DNA from: an uncultured virus (IMG/VR IMGVR_UViG_3300042505_000808)
Taxonomy: Duplodnaviria > Heunggongvirae > Uroviricota > Caudoviricetes
DNA length: 64,000 nucleotides
Virus record (IMG/VR): IMGVR_UViG_3300042505_000808
Direction: 5' to 3' (one strand)
In this document: piece by piece, positions 41,248 to 51,320 of the stretch
How the letters are laid out: every line of letters starts with the position of its first letter
Numbering within the stretch: position 1 is the first letter of the stretch
Position numbers and translations under genes: made by a program
The notes under the pieces: model-generated
Told to the model about the DNA's origin: nothing
Seen by the model: only the letters and a program-made list of their open reading frames with translations
The model's database searches: none

Positions 41248-42468
41248 CTAAATATGCTGTAGGCCAGGGTGTCGCTGTCCTTTTAAAGCCACAAGCTCAA
41301 AACGTAAGAATTTAAGGTTATTATCTTTGTGGTAGTCCGAAGGAAACACTTCTAAACAATTAATCTGCTGAAATCTGCAATTAATCTTTCCATTAACTTT
41401 AGCGACATTTTTACGAGTGTATGGGGCCATGCTTATTGCACCAAAATGAGATTGCCACTCTACATCTCCATACCCCATTCCAGAATGCACCTCTGGCACA
41501 GTGATTGTCAAATATCCCCCAGGCACTAATGCAGTGTAAGCTGCGTTCATAAACTCTCTAACTTGCCGTCCCGTTAACCATTGCAATTCAGTATCTGCTT
41601 TAATGTGGCCGTAGTTATCAGCACCAAATCCTTGTAGCAGTTGCCTATCTGCGTCCCACCCGCTGGCTTTTAATTTAGTAATGTCTAGCGTGGGTAAGCT
41701 GTTTCGTTGCACCCAAGATTCGATTAAGGGTTGCACATATTTCTGGCGTAAGCTTAGGGTAGTGTCTTGAATTAATTGGTTTCGAGCCCACACTGTATTA
41801 TGTGCAAACATTCGATATAGGTACTGACAACCACCTGTATGCTCAAAATTAGCCCCGCTTATGTATGTCTTAATCATCAACTCGTGATCATCGCAGACAG
41901 CTAACTCAGGATTGTGTCCGCCAGCTTTGTAATAAGCTTTTCGAGACCAACTTCTCACATGGTCGGGACAATAGTAAATCTCAGCTAAAGATCGAGGAGA
42001 TATGGGAAAGCACCGAGTAGCCTTCAACTTATGCCCATACACTTTGATCTCGTAATCTTGCCAGCCATGGTGGGAGGAGTAAGTAAATGGAGAAAAACCA
42101 ATATTGTCCTTGTGCTTAAATACCGCAGTGTCCGAATAGACAAAGTCAGCTCCTTCATCAAACTTATCATGTATTTTCTGGAGGCTATCTCCAGGAACAA
42201 ATAAATCATCATGATCAAATTCAACAAACACATCTCCGGTTGCCGCATCACAAGCACTGCGTTTTAAAGCTCCAATATTACTGGAGTTAGTTACATCAGC
42301 TATCAGCTTTACCCTTGAGTCTTTTCGTATAACTTCTGGTATTTTAACATCTTTACCATTGGGCAAAATAACCCATTCCCAATCGGTAATTGTCTGCAAT
42401 TTTAAAGAATTATAAGCTTCAACTAGATATGTAGGTTTGTGTGTTGGGGTGAACAAACTTAGTTTCAT
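41248..42468 (-). CDS. GT2 (GT-A fold) glycosyltransferase with C-terminal methyltransferase-like remnant
   Basis: LSLFTPTH, SLKLQT..DWEWVIL, FDHDD (DxD), CDDHEL; C-terminal FMNAAYTALVPGGYLTITVP. Confidence 0.85.
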   Translation of the reverse strand: MKLSLFTPTHKPTYLVEAYNSLKLQTITDWEWVILPNGKDVKIPEVIRKDSRVKLIADVTNSSNIGALKRSACDAATGDVFVEFDHDDLFVPGDSLQKIHDKFDEGADFVYSDTAVFKHKDNIGFSPFTYSSHHGWQDYEIKVYGHKLKATRCFPISPRSLAEIYYCPDHVRSWSRKAYYKAGGHNPELAVCDDHELMIKTYISGANFEHTGGCQYLYRMFAHNTVWARNQLIQDTTLSLRQKYVQPLIESWVQRNSLPTLDITKLKASGWDADRQLLQGFGADNYGHIKADTELQWLTGRQVREFMNAAYTALVPGGYLTITVPEVHSGMGYGDVEWQSHFGAISMAPYTRKNVAKVNGKINCRFQQINCLEVFPSDYHKDNNLKFLRFELVALKGQRHPGLQHI

Positions 42469-42482
42469 AACTACTACTTTCT

Positions 42483-42524
42483 AAAATGAAAGATCGACCG
42501 GTCATATTGTAACCAGTCGATCTT
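42483..42524 (-). terminator. Hairpin/terminator between capsid cluster and glycosyltransferase
   Basis: AAGATCGAC...GTCGATCTT inverted repeat followed by TCATTTT on the minus strand. Confidence 0.6.
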
Positions 42525-42565
42525 AAATTGCACACTTTTATAGAAAGTTTTTCTAAGTAGATGTC

Positions 42566-42940
42566 TTAGCTATTGCCAGCTAAAACAGCCGCTTCATGGG
42601 CTTTCAAAGAAAGTATTGAGCTGTAAATAGCGGGGTCGTTAGCTAGATCATATGTTGCCTGCTTCACTGCAAAATCCTGTGCTTCTGGTGTAGAAGTTAA
42701 AGCAGCATTAAGACCAGCGACAGCAGAGCCAAAACGGCTATGGTCGGCAGCTTGCTTCTCAGGACTTTCAATGTGACGAAGTTGTCCAGCAAGTGCAAAT
42801 AAGTCTGAGACTTCTGCTTCAGTACTAGGAACAATGCCGTAACTGGCCAACTTGTTCAAAAATACTTGAGCATGCACATTGTTAAACAAATAGTTGTAAG
42901 CATCATTAGGATTAGGTAGACCGTTTGAATTCGCAGACAT
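42566..42940 (-). CDS. Head-associated protein
   Basis: 124 aa after MCP; K-x-A motifs KLA, KQA, KQA. Confidence 0.6.
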   Translation of the reverse strand: MSANSNGLPNPNDAYNYLFNNVHAQVFLNKLASYGIVPSTEAEVSDLFALAGQLRHIESPEKQAADHSRFGSAVAGLNAALTSTPEAQDFAVKQATYDLANDPAIYSSILSLKAHEAAVLAGNS

Positions 42941-42970
42941 GTTAATTTCTCCAATTCTGGATTTTAAGAT

Positions 42971-43000
42971 AAGTTAGCCCCACAAATGTAGGGCTAACTT
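42971..43000 (-). terminator. Hairpin 3' of major capsid gene
   Basis: AAGTTAGCCC...GGGCTAACTT inverted repeat. Confidence 0.65.
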
Positions 43001-43010
43001 AAACCTATGT

Positions 43011-43958
43011 TTAGGTAAAGTCAACCCTAGCAAGACCAGAGGTATGACCAATGGTGCCACCTAAGGTTTCATAAGCAAAGAATTCGATAAAATACGCTTC
43101 ACGACGGATGTACATCGTGGTGTCTTCTATCAGGTAGCTCTTGCCGATAAATTTAGGGTCAGCGAAATGATACATCGTACCAGTTGGGACAAGTCCCTTC
43201 TTAATAGTGATGATCCACTGAACACCCATAAATTCGCTGTAGGTCCAACCATTACGCATAATCTCTTCACTAAGATCGCCACCCATATCATTACGATTGA
43301 GTTTGGCAACTTCTTTGATAGTGATGTTATTAAGCAAAACGGAATGAACTTCAAGATTAGAAGGAGTGCCTGGCATAATCTTAAAGCTGTCCCACAGGTT
43401 GCTGCGGGTTACCCCACCGCTAAGCTGTTTGTACTGGATTACTCCAGAAGTAGGAACAGTTGTTCCTGCGCCAACAAGAGCAGTGTTGACCGCAGAAATA
43501 AATTTGCCATCTTCTTCCGCTAACATATCCTTAATGGCATTATCGGATAGGATTTGTCTGATATCCATATGCCATGTGCGAAGTTCATCCACATCCTTCG
43601 TGAATTTAGGGGTCACGATGCGGTCAAAGGTAACTCGGTACCTATCACCACGGATGTACAAGTTGGTAGGAAGCGTGGCAAAAGGAATTGAGATTGCTGC
43701 TGGAGAATCTGGTTCCTTGTCCACGATCTTTACAGGCTTGTCCGTGTCAACTTGACGATCAAGATCGTCGTTGCTGAGTGGGATTGGTGGCATAATACGT
43801 CTGTAGAAGCCATCTTCACGCATCTTAGTCCTAGTGAAGTCGTTGACAGCGTCAACAGCTTGCTTTTCTAGGTTAGAGTCACGGGAAGCCAATTTTTCAA
43901 AAATTGTCTGACTAAGAAGTTTGCTTTCTTCTTGAGTCATGATACTAGAATTAGCCAT
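43011..43958 (-). CDS. Major capsid protein (probable HK97 fold)
   Basis: 315 aa; order protease-scaffold-decoration-MCP; strong SD AAGGAGG; AEEDGKFI long helix; C-terminal FAYETLGGTIGH..GLARVDF. Confidence 0.75.
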   Translation of the reverse strand: MANSSIMTQEESKLLSQTIFEKLASRDSNLEKQAVDAVNDFTRTKMREDGFYRRIMPPIPLSNDDLDRQVDTDKPVKIVDKEPDSPAAISIPFATLPTNLYIRGDRYRVTFDRIVTPKFTKDVDELRTWHMDIRQILSDNAIKDMLAEEDGKFISAVNTALVGAGTTVPTSGVIQYKQLSGGVTRSNLWDSFKIMPGTPSNLEVHSVLLNNITIKEVAKLNRNDMGGDLSEEIMRNGWTYSEFMGVQWIITIKKGLVPTGTMYHFADPKFIGKSYLIEDTTMYIRREAYFIEFFAYETLGGTIGHTSGLARVDFT

Positions 43959-43981
43959 TTATAAGAACCTCCTTGTTATAC

Positions 43982-44011
43982 CAGTCAAGCTTGCGGCTTG
44001 ACTGAGTCAAG
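43982..44011 (-). promoter_or_regulatory. 5'-leader hairpin upstream of the MCP ribosome-binding site
   Basis: CAGTCAAGC-CGCAA-GCTTGACTG plus an extra CTTGACT copy upstream. Confidence 0.5.
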
Positions 44012-44027
44012 ATTAAGAGAAAAGTTA

Positions 44028-44558
44028 TTAAGCAGTAGGGAACACAGGGCAAGGCCAGAATGCCAAAGCATTCTTGCCGTAACCATTGTCCACAACGCCA
44101 CGGGAAACAAGACCAACAATCATGTTGGTGTACATTGTGCCTGCAGAAAGCTTGCCTGCGTTACCACCACTGGTAGCAGAGGTTAAAGCAGCATTGGGGG
44201 CATAAGAACCAGATACATACGAAGTCGTTACCAACTCATATGCACCAGTTGCAACCAACGCTAATGCTTGGCCGGTGGGGCCAATTGGGATGAATACACC
44301 CTTAACAGTGGAGGCATCGCCACCATCGTTAACAATATCTGGGTCATCAGAATTGGCGAAGAGAAACATAGGCATAACCTTAAGGTTGCCAACGCCAAGA
44401 ATGAATTTACCAGAAGAATTCAAAGAAACGACAGAACCTGCAGGAACAACAGAAGTTACACTAGCATCGAATGCTGCGGTGTAATCTACTGCGTTCATCT
44501 GTGGCCAACCCTTCAACGCATTGAGAGTGTTGGCAGTCATTTGCCGTGGAGCAGCCAT
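44028..44558 (-). CDS. Putative capsid decoration/cement protein
   Basis: 176 aa, Gly/Ala beta-rich, immediately upstream of MCP; SD AGGAGG. Confidence 0.6.
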   Translation of the reverse strand: MAAPRQMTANTLNALKGWPQMNAVDYTAAFDASVTSVVPAGSVVSLNSSGKFILGVGNLKVMPMFLFANSDDPDIVNDGGDASTVKGVFIPIGPTGQALALVATGAYELVTTSYVSGSYAPNAALTSATSGGNAGKLSAGTMYTNMIVGLVSRGVVDNGYGKNALAFWPCPVFPTA

Positions 44559-44614
44559 AATTGTCCTCCTAAGACCAAATTAAGACTCATAACGAGTCTT
44601 TAGTGTTAAAGTAG

Positions 44615-45055
44615 TTAAGAACGAGGGGCGTCCATAACCGCCCAAATTGCCACATCCGATGCCTTCTTTTCAGAAGTACGTCGGCCTACATACGGATCAT
44701 TTAAACTGGTACGGCCTTTGAGACCGGGCTTAATGCCTGCCTCTCTGTCCGAAACAGCTTGTCCAAGGTCAGAGCCAGTCTTCTCAGCAGCAGTTTTAAA
44801 CTGATACATTTTGTCAACGGCATTGACCAACAAGTCTAAACTTTGGGCATGATTGCTCAACATCGCAACAGCTGCCTGTTTTTGATGGGGAGCAACACAA
44901 CCAGTCCGCTCTAACTGAGCAAGAACAGCAGACTGCTTATCGGCAGCTTGCTTATCTTGCACATAGCGTGCTTTTGCGTGCTTCAATAATCGATCATTTA
45001 ATGTCGAGGTGACAGCAATGTATTCGATCATCTGAGCTGCTAACTTTGTGTTCAC
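44615..45055 (-). CDS. Head assembly/scaffold-like protein
   Basis: 146 aa helical; GTG start with GGAGG; dense K-x-A motifs. Confidence 0.55.
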   Translation of the reverse strand: MNTKLAAQMIEYIAVTSTLNDRLLKHAKARYVQDKQAADKQSAVLAQLERTGCVAPHQKQAAVAMLSNHAQSLDLLVNAVDKMYQFKTAAEKTGSDLGQAVSDREAGIKPGLKGRTSLNDPYVGRRTSEKKASDVAIWAVMDAPRS

Positions 45056-45091
45056 TGTATAAATCCTCCAAGAATAGATTTTAAAGAAAGA

Positions 45092-46297
45092 TTAACGGCG
45101 GGAACGTTCTAGAACTTCTTGAATGTAATCCCGCACATTTTTATTAGCTGCACCTTTTTTAGCTGCTGCTTGTTTATAAGCGGCTTCAACTTCCATGTTA
45201 GGGGCAGCATTAGCCATCTCTGGAGGAGCACCACCGCCCATGGAAGGATCCATAGGAGAAGCGCCACCTTCACCACCTTCAGAACCTTGGCCGGCCATGG
45301 CCGCTTCTAGTTCTTCGGGAGAAATGCCAAGTTGGTCTAAAACAGCTGCTAACTGCTCTACATCGTCGCCACCTTCGCCCTCTGGAGCTGCGCCACCGCC
45401 CATGGCACCAGCCATGGCAGCTTCGTCACCACCACTCGCAGGAGTCATACCACCAGCAGAAGGATCCATCTCTGGAGGCATTTCTTCGCCTTCAGCTTGC
45501 TTACGCAATTCATTTTGATAACTGTGTAAGTAAACTGCGGCTTTGTCTGCATCGTCATTAGCAGTCTTGATGATTTCGCTCAAAGTAGAATACACAAGGG
45601 AGTCAGCAGCTCGTTTATCGAACTGACCACTCAATAATCCTGCAAGTTCCCAGCCAGCTTGGCCAGCAAGATCTACTGCACCTTTTTCTTCCATTATGTC
45701 AGATGCAGAGTCAGAATCTGAATCAGATTTGCGGGCTTCTTCGTCATCATCGTGGAATTCTGCGTTCTTTGTCAAAGAGACAAGAACACGGTTTCCAAGA
45801 TCATTAGAAAGCTTGTGCAATTCTGCAGTGGACATAGATGCATATTTATTGCCATCTAATTCACTATTGTCAGTGCTAGCAGGATGTGAAGTTTCCACAT
45901 CGTCTTTTTCAGCTTTTACTGAAGAGGTTTCCACTGAAGGATCCTCTCCGGTTGGTTGCTTATTCGTGCCAATCTGCAGCTGATCATCTGCAGCAGATCC
46001 AGTAGGATCCTTTTCAGCAGCCCACTTATTTGCAGAAGCTCGCTTCTTAGCTGCAGCTTTTTTAGCATTTTCAACAGATGCTGGGCCTTGGTCGGCCTTT
46101 ACATCTGCTGTGTTTTCTGCAGAACGTGCACCTTCTGATGCATCTTCTGTAGAATCATCCACGTCTTTCACAGGGTGGGTGGTTTCTCCGCCAATGCTGC
46201 CTGCTTCTGTATTAGCCGCTGCATTCTTTTCGGAATAACCAACCGCCTTTAGAAAGCGATCAATAGAGTCTATTTGATTCTTAACTGTTGTCGCCAT
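45092..46297 (-). CDS. Putative capsid scaffolding protein
   Basis: 401 aa, acidic and low-complexity, directly after the protease; many K-x-A motifs. Confidence 0.6.
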   Translation of the reverse strand: MATTVKNQIDSIDRFLKAVGYSEKNAAANTEAGSIGGETTHPVKDVDDSTEDASEGARSAENTADVKADQGPASVENAKKAAAKKRASANKWAAEKDPTGSAADDQLQIGTNKQPTGEDPSVETSSVKAEKDDVETSHPASTDNSELDGNKYASMSTAELHKLSNDLGNRVLVSLTKNAEFHDDDEEARKSDSDSDSASDIMEEKGAVDLAGQAGWELAGLLSGQFDKRAADSLVYSTLSEIIKTANDDADKAAVYLHSYQNELRKQAEGEEMPPEMDPSAGGMTPASGGDEAAMAGAMGGGAAPEGEGGDDVEQLAAVLDQLGISPEELEAAMAGQGSEGGEGGASPMDPSMGGGAPPEMANAAPNMEVEAAYKQAAAKKGAANKNVRDYIQEVLERSRR

Positions 46298-46338
46298 TTA
46301 AAAATACTCCTTACAAAACGGCACCGAGTTTCGATGAC

Positions 46339-47817
46339 CTAGTTAAATATTCGATTCTGACGCAGACTTAACTTAACTGTTGAGGTAAAGTCATTGTCTG
46401 TTGCAGCTAGCCTCCACAATCCTGCTAGCTTATACATTGCATATTCTTTGGCTAGGCTTTCACCTTCCAAATTACATGCAGCTGCTTTTTGACGAATCAC
46501 AGGGGCAGCCTGCCCCCGGATACAACTCAAGAAACTTCGGTCTTCAACCGCAGATCGATGAAGCGAATGACTCGCAGTCAAAGTAGCGGCGAATGCCTTA
46601 GAACTTTCATTAGCTGTCTTGTCAATAAATGAACATGCACCACGTTCAATCTCAATAGGCAAAGATTCATCCGCAGCCATTCTTGTATATATTTCTGGAA
46701 GTATTAAAGCTGCAGATTTCATATGCTCTTCGTGTCCTGCCAATCGTGCATAATCAAATAATGTTAAAAATATTTTATTATCTGCCAACGCAGCTAACTG
46801 TTTGCTGCATTGCTCCGAACCTAGTTTCGCCAGCCTTTCTATAGGGAAAGCTGAGGTTGCTACCGCTCGATAAGTACCAGCATCTCCCATCTCAGCAAAT
46901 TTTTCAAGAGCAGCTAGCCCATATCCTAATTTAACTTGAGCAGTATTTTTCTCTGACCATAAACCATTTCTTCCCGATTGATAAAGAATTACATCCAGCG
47001 GAGCGGTAGAGGCAGAAGCCAACTTAATATAATCTTGCAATTCAAATATGCCGGAATCTGCTGCAGCTTTTGTTAAGTAATCCGCCCTAGCCCCATAAGC
47101 AATACGATCCGCAGGCCGAAATACTCGGCTAATATCGAACCATACAGGGTTAGGATTGTCTACATGTAGGTGATGCACATCGCTGCCTACTTTTACTAAT
47201 CTAGTAAGATTATCCTTACAGCCACCTGCTGCACACTTTTCTCTTGTGCAGTATTCCTCCCTAGTCTTAGCTGCGTGTTTGCAGAAGGAACAAACATCAT
47301 GAGGAACACGGCAAGCCATGCTCACTGGAATGTCATCTCCCTTTGCAATCTTTTCTAATTCTGTGTCTGCAACAAAACCACCATTTCGATCTGCTGCAGA
47401 TTTACTAGCATTCAACGCACAAAGCAACTCCACTCGACGCATATCTTCGTTGTAGGCAGAAGCTTTAACAACCCCATAGAAAGGGTCGCCTCGTTCTGCT
47501 TTGTTTTTATGATTGCGGAAGAACTTGGCAAATTTAACAAAGGTAGCATGATGATCTCGGCAAGTGGCTTCTTTAAAACCATCACCATTGCGGTTAGGGC
47601 CATAAGCTTCACTAGCACCTAATGCAATCAAATGCACAGGAACCTCATCTTTGGCAAACTTGACATTGTCTAACTGAGGTAAGAAGGTATGACTAGCCCG
47701 CTTTAAAAAATCTTGTCGATCATTACCAATCAACCCACGACTGCTCACCTTGATCGGTGAAACGATTTGTTCTGCAAAATCCCAACCAGACGGAGAAACA
47801 AATTTAATCAGTGCCAT
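46339..47817 (-). CDS. Prohead maturation protease (HK97/assemblin-like serine protease) with Cys-rich insert
   Basis: NRNGDGF, FRNH (candidate His), VSMAC (candidate Ser), CSFC...C...C insert, DISRVFRPAD (cf. EISxVxxPA). Confidence 0.75.
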   Translation of the reverse strand: MALIKFVSPSGWDFAEQIVSPIKVSSRGLIGNDRQDFLKRASHTFLPQLDNVKFAKDEVPVHLIALGASEAYGPNRNGDGFKEATCRDHHATFVKFAKFFRNHKNKAERGDPFYGVVKASAYNEDMRRVELLCALNASKSAADRNGGFVADTELEKIAKGDDIPVSMACRVPHDVCSFCKHAAKTREEYCTREKCAAGGCKDNLTRLVKVGSDVHHLHVDNPNPVWFDISRVFRPADRIAYGARADYLTKAAADSGIFELQDYIKLASASTAPLDVILYQSGRNGLWSEKNTAQVKLGYGLAALEKFAEMGDAGTYRAVATSAFPIERLAKLGSEQCSKQLAALADNKIFLTLFDYARLAGHEEHMKSAALILPEIYTRMAADESLPIEIERGACSFIDKTANESSKAFAATLTASHSLHRSAVEDRSFLSCIRGQAAPVIRQKAAACNLEGESLAKEYAMYKLAGLWRLAATDNDFTSTVKLSLRQNRIFN

Positions 47818-47829
47818 AGTTATTCTCCA

Positions 47830-48951
47830 TTACTGCATTGTGTTAGCTGTTTGATCGGGCATGACTAGTGCATTTAATACATCTTTAGCACTGTTGCGAT
47901 TTGCATCACCTTGTCTGTAGTGGTTACGTATGATTCCGCTTCCAACGCCCCAACCACCAGCTAACAATCCTAGTAAACCTAATTTCCCAGGTCGTAGCTT
48001 CCCGAGTGCATTACGCATCCCCGTTACTTTAGAGGCTTCTATAATTTCTTTAGCTGCTGCATCGCCCATGGCCGATTGTAATTTAGTGTTCAACAAACCT
48101 GGAGCTACACCTGGAATTAAACTTTTAGGCAACATTGCCCTAATCTCATCAACGGTTAAACTAGCTGGTTTTCCCGTACTCGGAAACACCTTCTGAAATC
48201 GAGCAGTGTCTATTAGAGGGGGACCGGAAGTGCCAGCGGCAGACCCCTTAGGAGGCGGTCCTAAAGTTTGCAATCTTGCACTTATGTTTTCTGCAGCTGC
48301 GGTAGGATCATATACTCCCTTAGCGGCTACATAAGCCCCAGCCCCACCAGCTGCCGCTGTGTTTAGCCCATGTGCAGTGTAGTTGACAATTTCTGGCATA
48401 CTACTTTCTGCGGTGTTTTGTAATTCGTTTATTTCATTTAATTGTTCAGCTGGTGACTTGCTTTTAATGTGAGCGGCTATTTGTCTGGATTTAGAAGCAT
48501 CAGGAGGAAGGGCAGAAGTTAGCCCAGGCTTTTTTTCAAAGTGTAAAGCTTTGCCTAGTGCATCCGGATTAAATGCCAACCCAAGACCACCACCTAGCGC
48601 ACCACCAGCCAACCCACCTTGCAATGCTTTCCAGCCTGCACCTTCTTCGCCATTCAATAAAGCAGAGGCTCCGCCTGCACCTGCCCCAAGACCTGCTCCA
48701 GCTAGCCCAGATAGCAGAACATTACGAGTAGAGTCGTCCATTCCGCCAAATCCGGATTTTAAAGAATCAAGCAATCCAGATTCTGCAAGCTTTTCTATGT
48801 AGTCAGCACCGATATCTCTTAAAGGAAAAGAAGTAGCCATAGCCTCTTTGGACATACGCTGAATATGCCCAGAGTCTAAAGCTTGCTTCCTAGCAGCCAA
48901 TAGCTGCAAACCTTGGGAATAAGTAATGTTACTTAGAGTTATCGGTGTCAT
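47830..48951 (-). CDS. Putative internal virion/ejection protein with glycine-zipper segments
   Basis: 373 aa; GLAGAGLGAGAGG, GGLAGGALGGGLG, LGLLGLLAGGWGVG; no Cys. Confidence 0.5.
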   Translation of the reverse strand: MTPITLSNITYSQGLQLLAARKQALDSGHIQRMSKEAMATSFPLRDIGADYIEKLAESGLLDSLKSGFGGMDDSTRNVLLSGLAGAGLGAGAGGASALLNGEEGAGWKALQGGLAGGALGGGLGLAFNPDALGKALHFEKKPGLTSALPPDASKSRQIAAHIKSKSPAEQLNEINELQNTAESSMPEIVNYTAHGLNTAAAGGAGAYVAAKGVYDPTAAAENISARLQTLGPPPKGSAAGTSGPPLIDTARFQKVFPSTGKPASLTVDEIRAMLPKSLIPGVAPGLLNTKLQSAMGDAAAKEIIEASKVTGMRNALGKLRPGKLGLLGLLAGGWGVGSGIIRNHYRQGDANRNSAKDVLNALVMPDQTANTMQ

Positions 48952-50308
48952 TTTTTGCCTTTACTCTTTGTGCTTGGTTGGAAATATTAGAGTCACTTTG
49001 AGTATCTTTAAGACTTCCTTCCATTTTAAGCAATTCAGCAACTTCGAAAGGTTCTGTGTTGCCTATCATACGCTTGTTCAACAATGGCCCAATACCCCCA
49101 GACTGATCGGCTAGACGAGGAGACAGCTGAACCATTTCATTATATTTACTTAGCACATCCTCAGGATCATACTGACTTAAAGGGTTATCAGGATCACTCA
49201 TTAACTGAGTAAGTACTGTCTGTGCCCTAATCTTACGCAGTTCATTTACATGCTCAGGGCTATCTAACTTATTTATTTGGCGTTCCACATCTTTGTCATG
49301 CTCGCCACCTACGCCCTCTGCTAGATTGCGTGCTAACCCAAACCCAGCTCCGCTAGCAAACATACCTGAGGCCGTACCCCCTTGTTTTTCTCCCATAATA
49401 TTAGAATGGAGAGGCAAACAAGGTTCGCTATTAGAGTACGGCTGGTAAAAAGAAGCTGTAAGCTCTTTGGCTTCTGCTAATTTAATTTCGGCTTTTTGCA
49501 AAGCTTCTGAAGCTTTGTAATAGTCTTTAGCTTGTTTTATCGTGGCATCGATTAAGGTGTAGGGTTCTTTTTTCCAATCTGCTTCTTGTTGAAACCCTGC
49601 CCAACTAGCTTTGTGATCTGATGCTCTTTTTTCTTTCGTAAACTGCCCTGCAACATGGTCCATAAGCGACTTGCCTACAGCACCACGACAGACAGAAACT
49701 GCGTGTTCTACTTGTGCTAAGGGCAAGCGATCTTGAGCAAACTTACGGAAGTAGCTTTCCAACAAATGAAGCTTAAGGTTTAGCCTATCTTCATTTGCTG
49801 ACTTTTCTCGTCTAGCTTCTTCAGCCATTCGACGACAGTAGTCAAAGTTTGAATAGCTTTTTGCAATTTTATTGGTGGCATGTTCTGCTGCTGCTAGCGG
49901 GTGAGGTTCCACCTCTGCTGCTGATTTCTCTAATGTACTTAAATCCATGCTAAGCAATTGCTGTCTTGCTTGCTCTTCATACGAAGCAAAAGTAGGAGGA
50001 AAAAAAGATACTGAAGCAACTTTCTCTACCTTTTGCCCCCAGATCTGATCATGAACAGTAGCGTAGTCCGCTAGACTAAAACTAGCGAGCTTATCCAGCA
50101 CGGAATCATTAGCGTTCCATTGTGCTAGCTGTCTCCCAGTATTAAAAGCGTTGCAAGCTGCTTTTAAAAAGCCTGGGGAAAACTGCATATGTTTAGCTAC
50201 CTTGTGCATGGCATCATTAGGCAGCATGTTTTGGTTATCCACCAAATCCACGGCCATTTTAACGCCATCCAGTAGCTGCTGTTCGTCTGACTTACTTAGT
50301 GCTTGCAT
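48929..50308 (-). CDS. Putative inner-head protein
   Basis: Helical; about a dozen K-x-A motifs; start moved to ATG 50308 (MQALSK) because GGAGGAG precedes it. Confidence 0.55.
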   Translation of the reverse strand: MQALSKSDEQQLLDGVKMAVDLVDNQNMLPNDAMHKVAKHMQFSPGFLKAACNAFNTGRQLAQWNANDSVLDKLASFSLADYATVHDQIWGQKVEKVASVSFFPPTFASYEEQARQQLLSMDLSTLEKSAAEVEPHPLAAAEHATNKIAKSYSNFDYCRRMAEEARREKSANEDRLNLKLHLLESYFRKFAQDRLPLAQVEHAVSVCRGAVGKSLMDHVAGQFTKEKRASDHKASWAGFQQEADWKKEPYTLIDATIKQAKDYYKASEALQKAEIKLAEAKELTASFYQPYSNSEPCLPLHSNIMGEKQGGTASGMFASGAGFGLARNLAEGVGGEHDKDVERQINKLDSPEHVNELRKIRAQTVLTQLMSDPDNPLSQYDPEDVLSKYNEMVQLSPRLADQSGGIGPLLNKRMIGNTEPFEVAELLKMEGSLKDTQSDSNISNQAQRVKAKNDTDNSK

Positions 50309-51314
50309 TTTTTTCTGGCTCCTCCCGTTTGTAAACATCAACACCTGTATCGTGTTCCAATACGGGTAAATTAGTTCCAGCTGCGATCAAAATAGCTTCT
50401 TCTGAATTCAACTCAACTGGTCCCATATCATACTTACCAACAGGGGTTCCTTGATATAACTGTTCCCCGTTTTTCCCAATACTCCAAGGAATTTCTAACA
50501 TCATTGCACTGACATTCTTCTCGAACTCATTGTGCCTTACTTCTTGGCTCTTATCCGATCTTTGCAATTCCATCAGCCTTACATGTGTGTTGAGCAATTC
50601 CATCACATTGTACTTGTTCACTTCAAACTGACCCGCTGCTTGTGCACTGCGGCGCTGTACTTGAAGAGTGAGCTGGCTGTTAAAGAACTCCGATAAATTA
50701 TCTGTATTTAATACATGATTATTACGACGAAATCCACTAATCATTACATCGCACACCAAGGGTCCGCCAAAATATGCAAAGAATTTTAAAGGTAAGTCTA
50801 ACTGTGATCGCATAAGCCCAGCAGCGATAATTGGCTGAGATGCTTCATCACTGTCATGTGGTGCCTGCTCCACAAATCGGTCGGATGCGGGCAGAAGCAC
50901 ATTCTTTACAATCCAATCATGATGAGACAAGAAATCAGATACATTAAAGAATAATCGCTCATACCATTGGATAGTTTCAGGTATAGTTTTGCAATCATTA
51001 GCTATGCTCTCGATAGATGCCCCAGCTAGCAGTCTAGCCTCGATCATCAATGTCAACTCAGGTTCAACAGCTAATCGGTCATACAAACTATAGGCAAAGT
51101 ATAAGCCAGGGTTTTCATAGAGAAGCTTCTCTCTATGCCCTTCACCTTTGTTCCAGAAAAACAAGAACTTCTTATATTCTTGAATCCACTGATCATCAAA
51201 TCGTTTACATCGCTCGGGAGGAACACTTCGAAGCATACGAAGTACCCGCTCATGCCTCCAGTAGGGGCGAAGAAATGGGTCAGCGAGGCGTACGTCCTTG
51301 TAACTTTTCAACAC
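50292..51314 (-). CDS. Hypothetical protein
   Basis: 340 aa; SD AGGAG overlapping the upstream stop. Confidence 0.7.
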   Translation of the reverse strand: MLKSYKDVRLADPFLRPYWRHERVLRMLRSVPPERCKRFDDQWIQEYKKFLFFWNKGEGHREKLLYENPGLYFAYSLYDRLAVEPELTLMIEARLLAGASIESIANDCKTIPETIQWYERLFFNVSDFLSHHDWIVKNVLLPASDRFVEQAPHDSDEASQPIIAAGLMRSQLDLPLKFFAYFGGPLVCDVMISGFRRNNHVLNTDNLSEFFNSQLTLQVQRRSAQAAGQFEVNKYNVMELLNTHVRLMELQRSDKSQEVRHNEFEKNVSAMMLEIPWSIGKNGEQLYQGTPVGKYDMGPVELNSEEAILIAAGTNLPVLEHDTGVDVYKREEPEKNASTK

Positions 51315-51320
51315 TAACTC

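Noticed and set aside
46316..46339. GGCACCGAGT match to the 3' hairpin of SpCas9 tracrRNA
   Set aside because: Only about 10 nt; more simply a weak minus-strand hairpin after the protease gene; no CRISPR context
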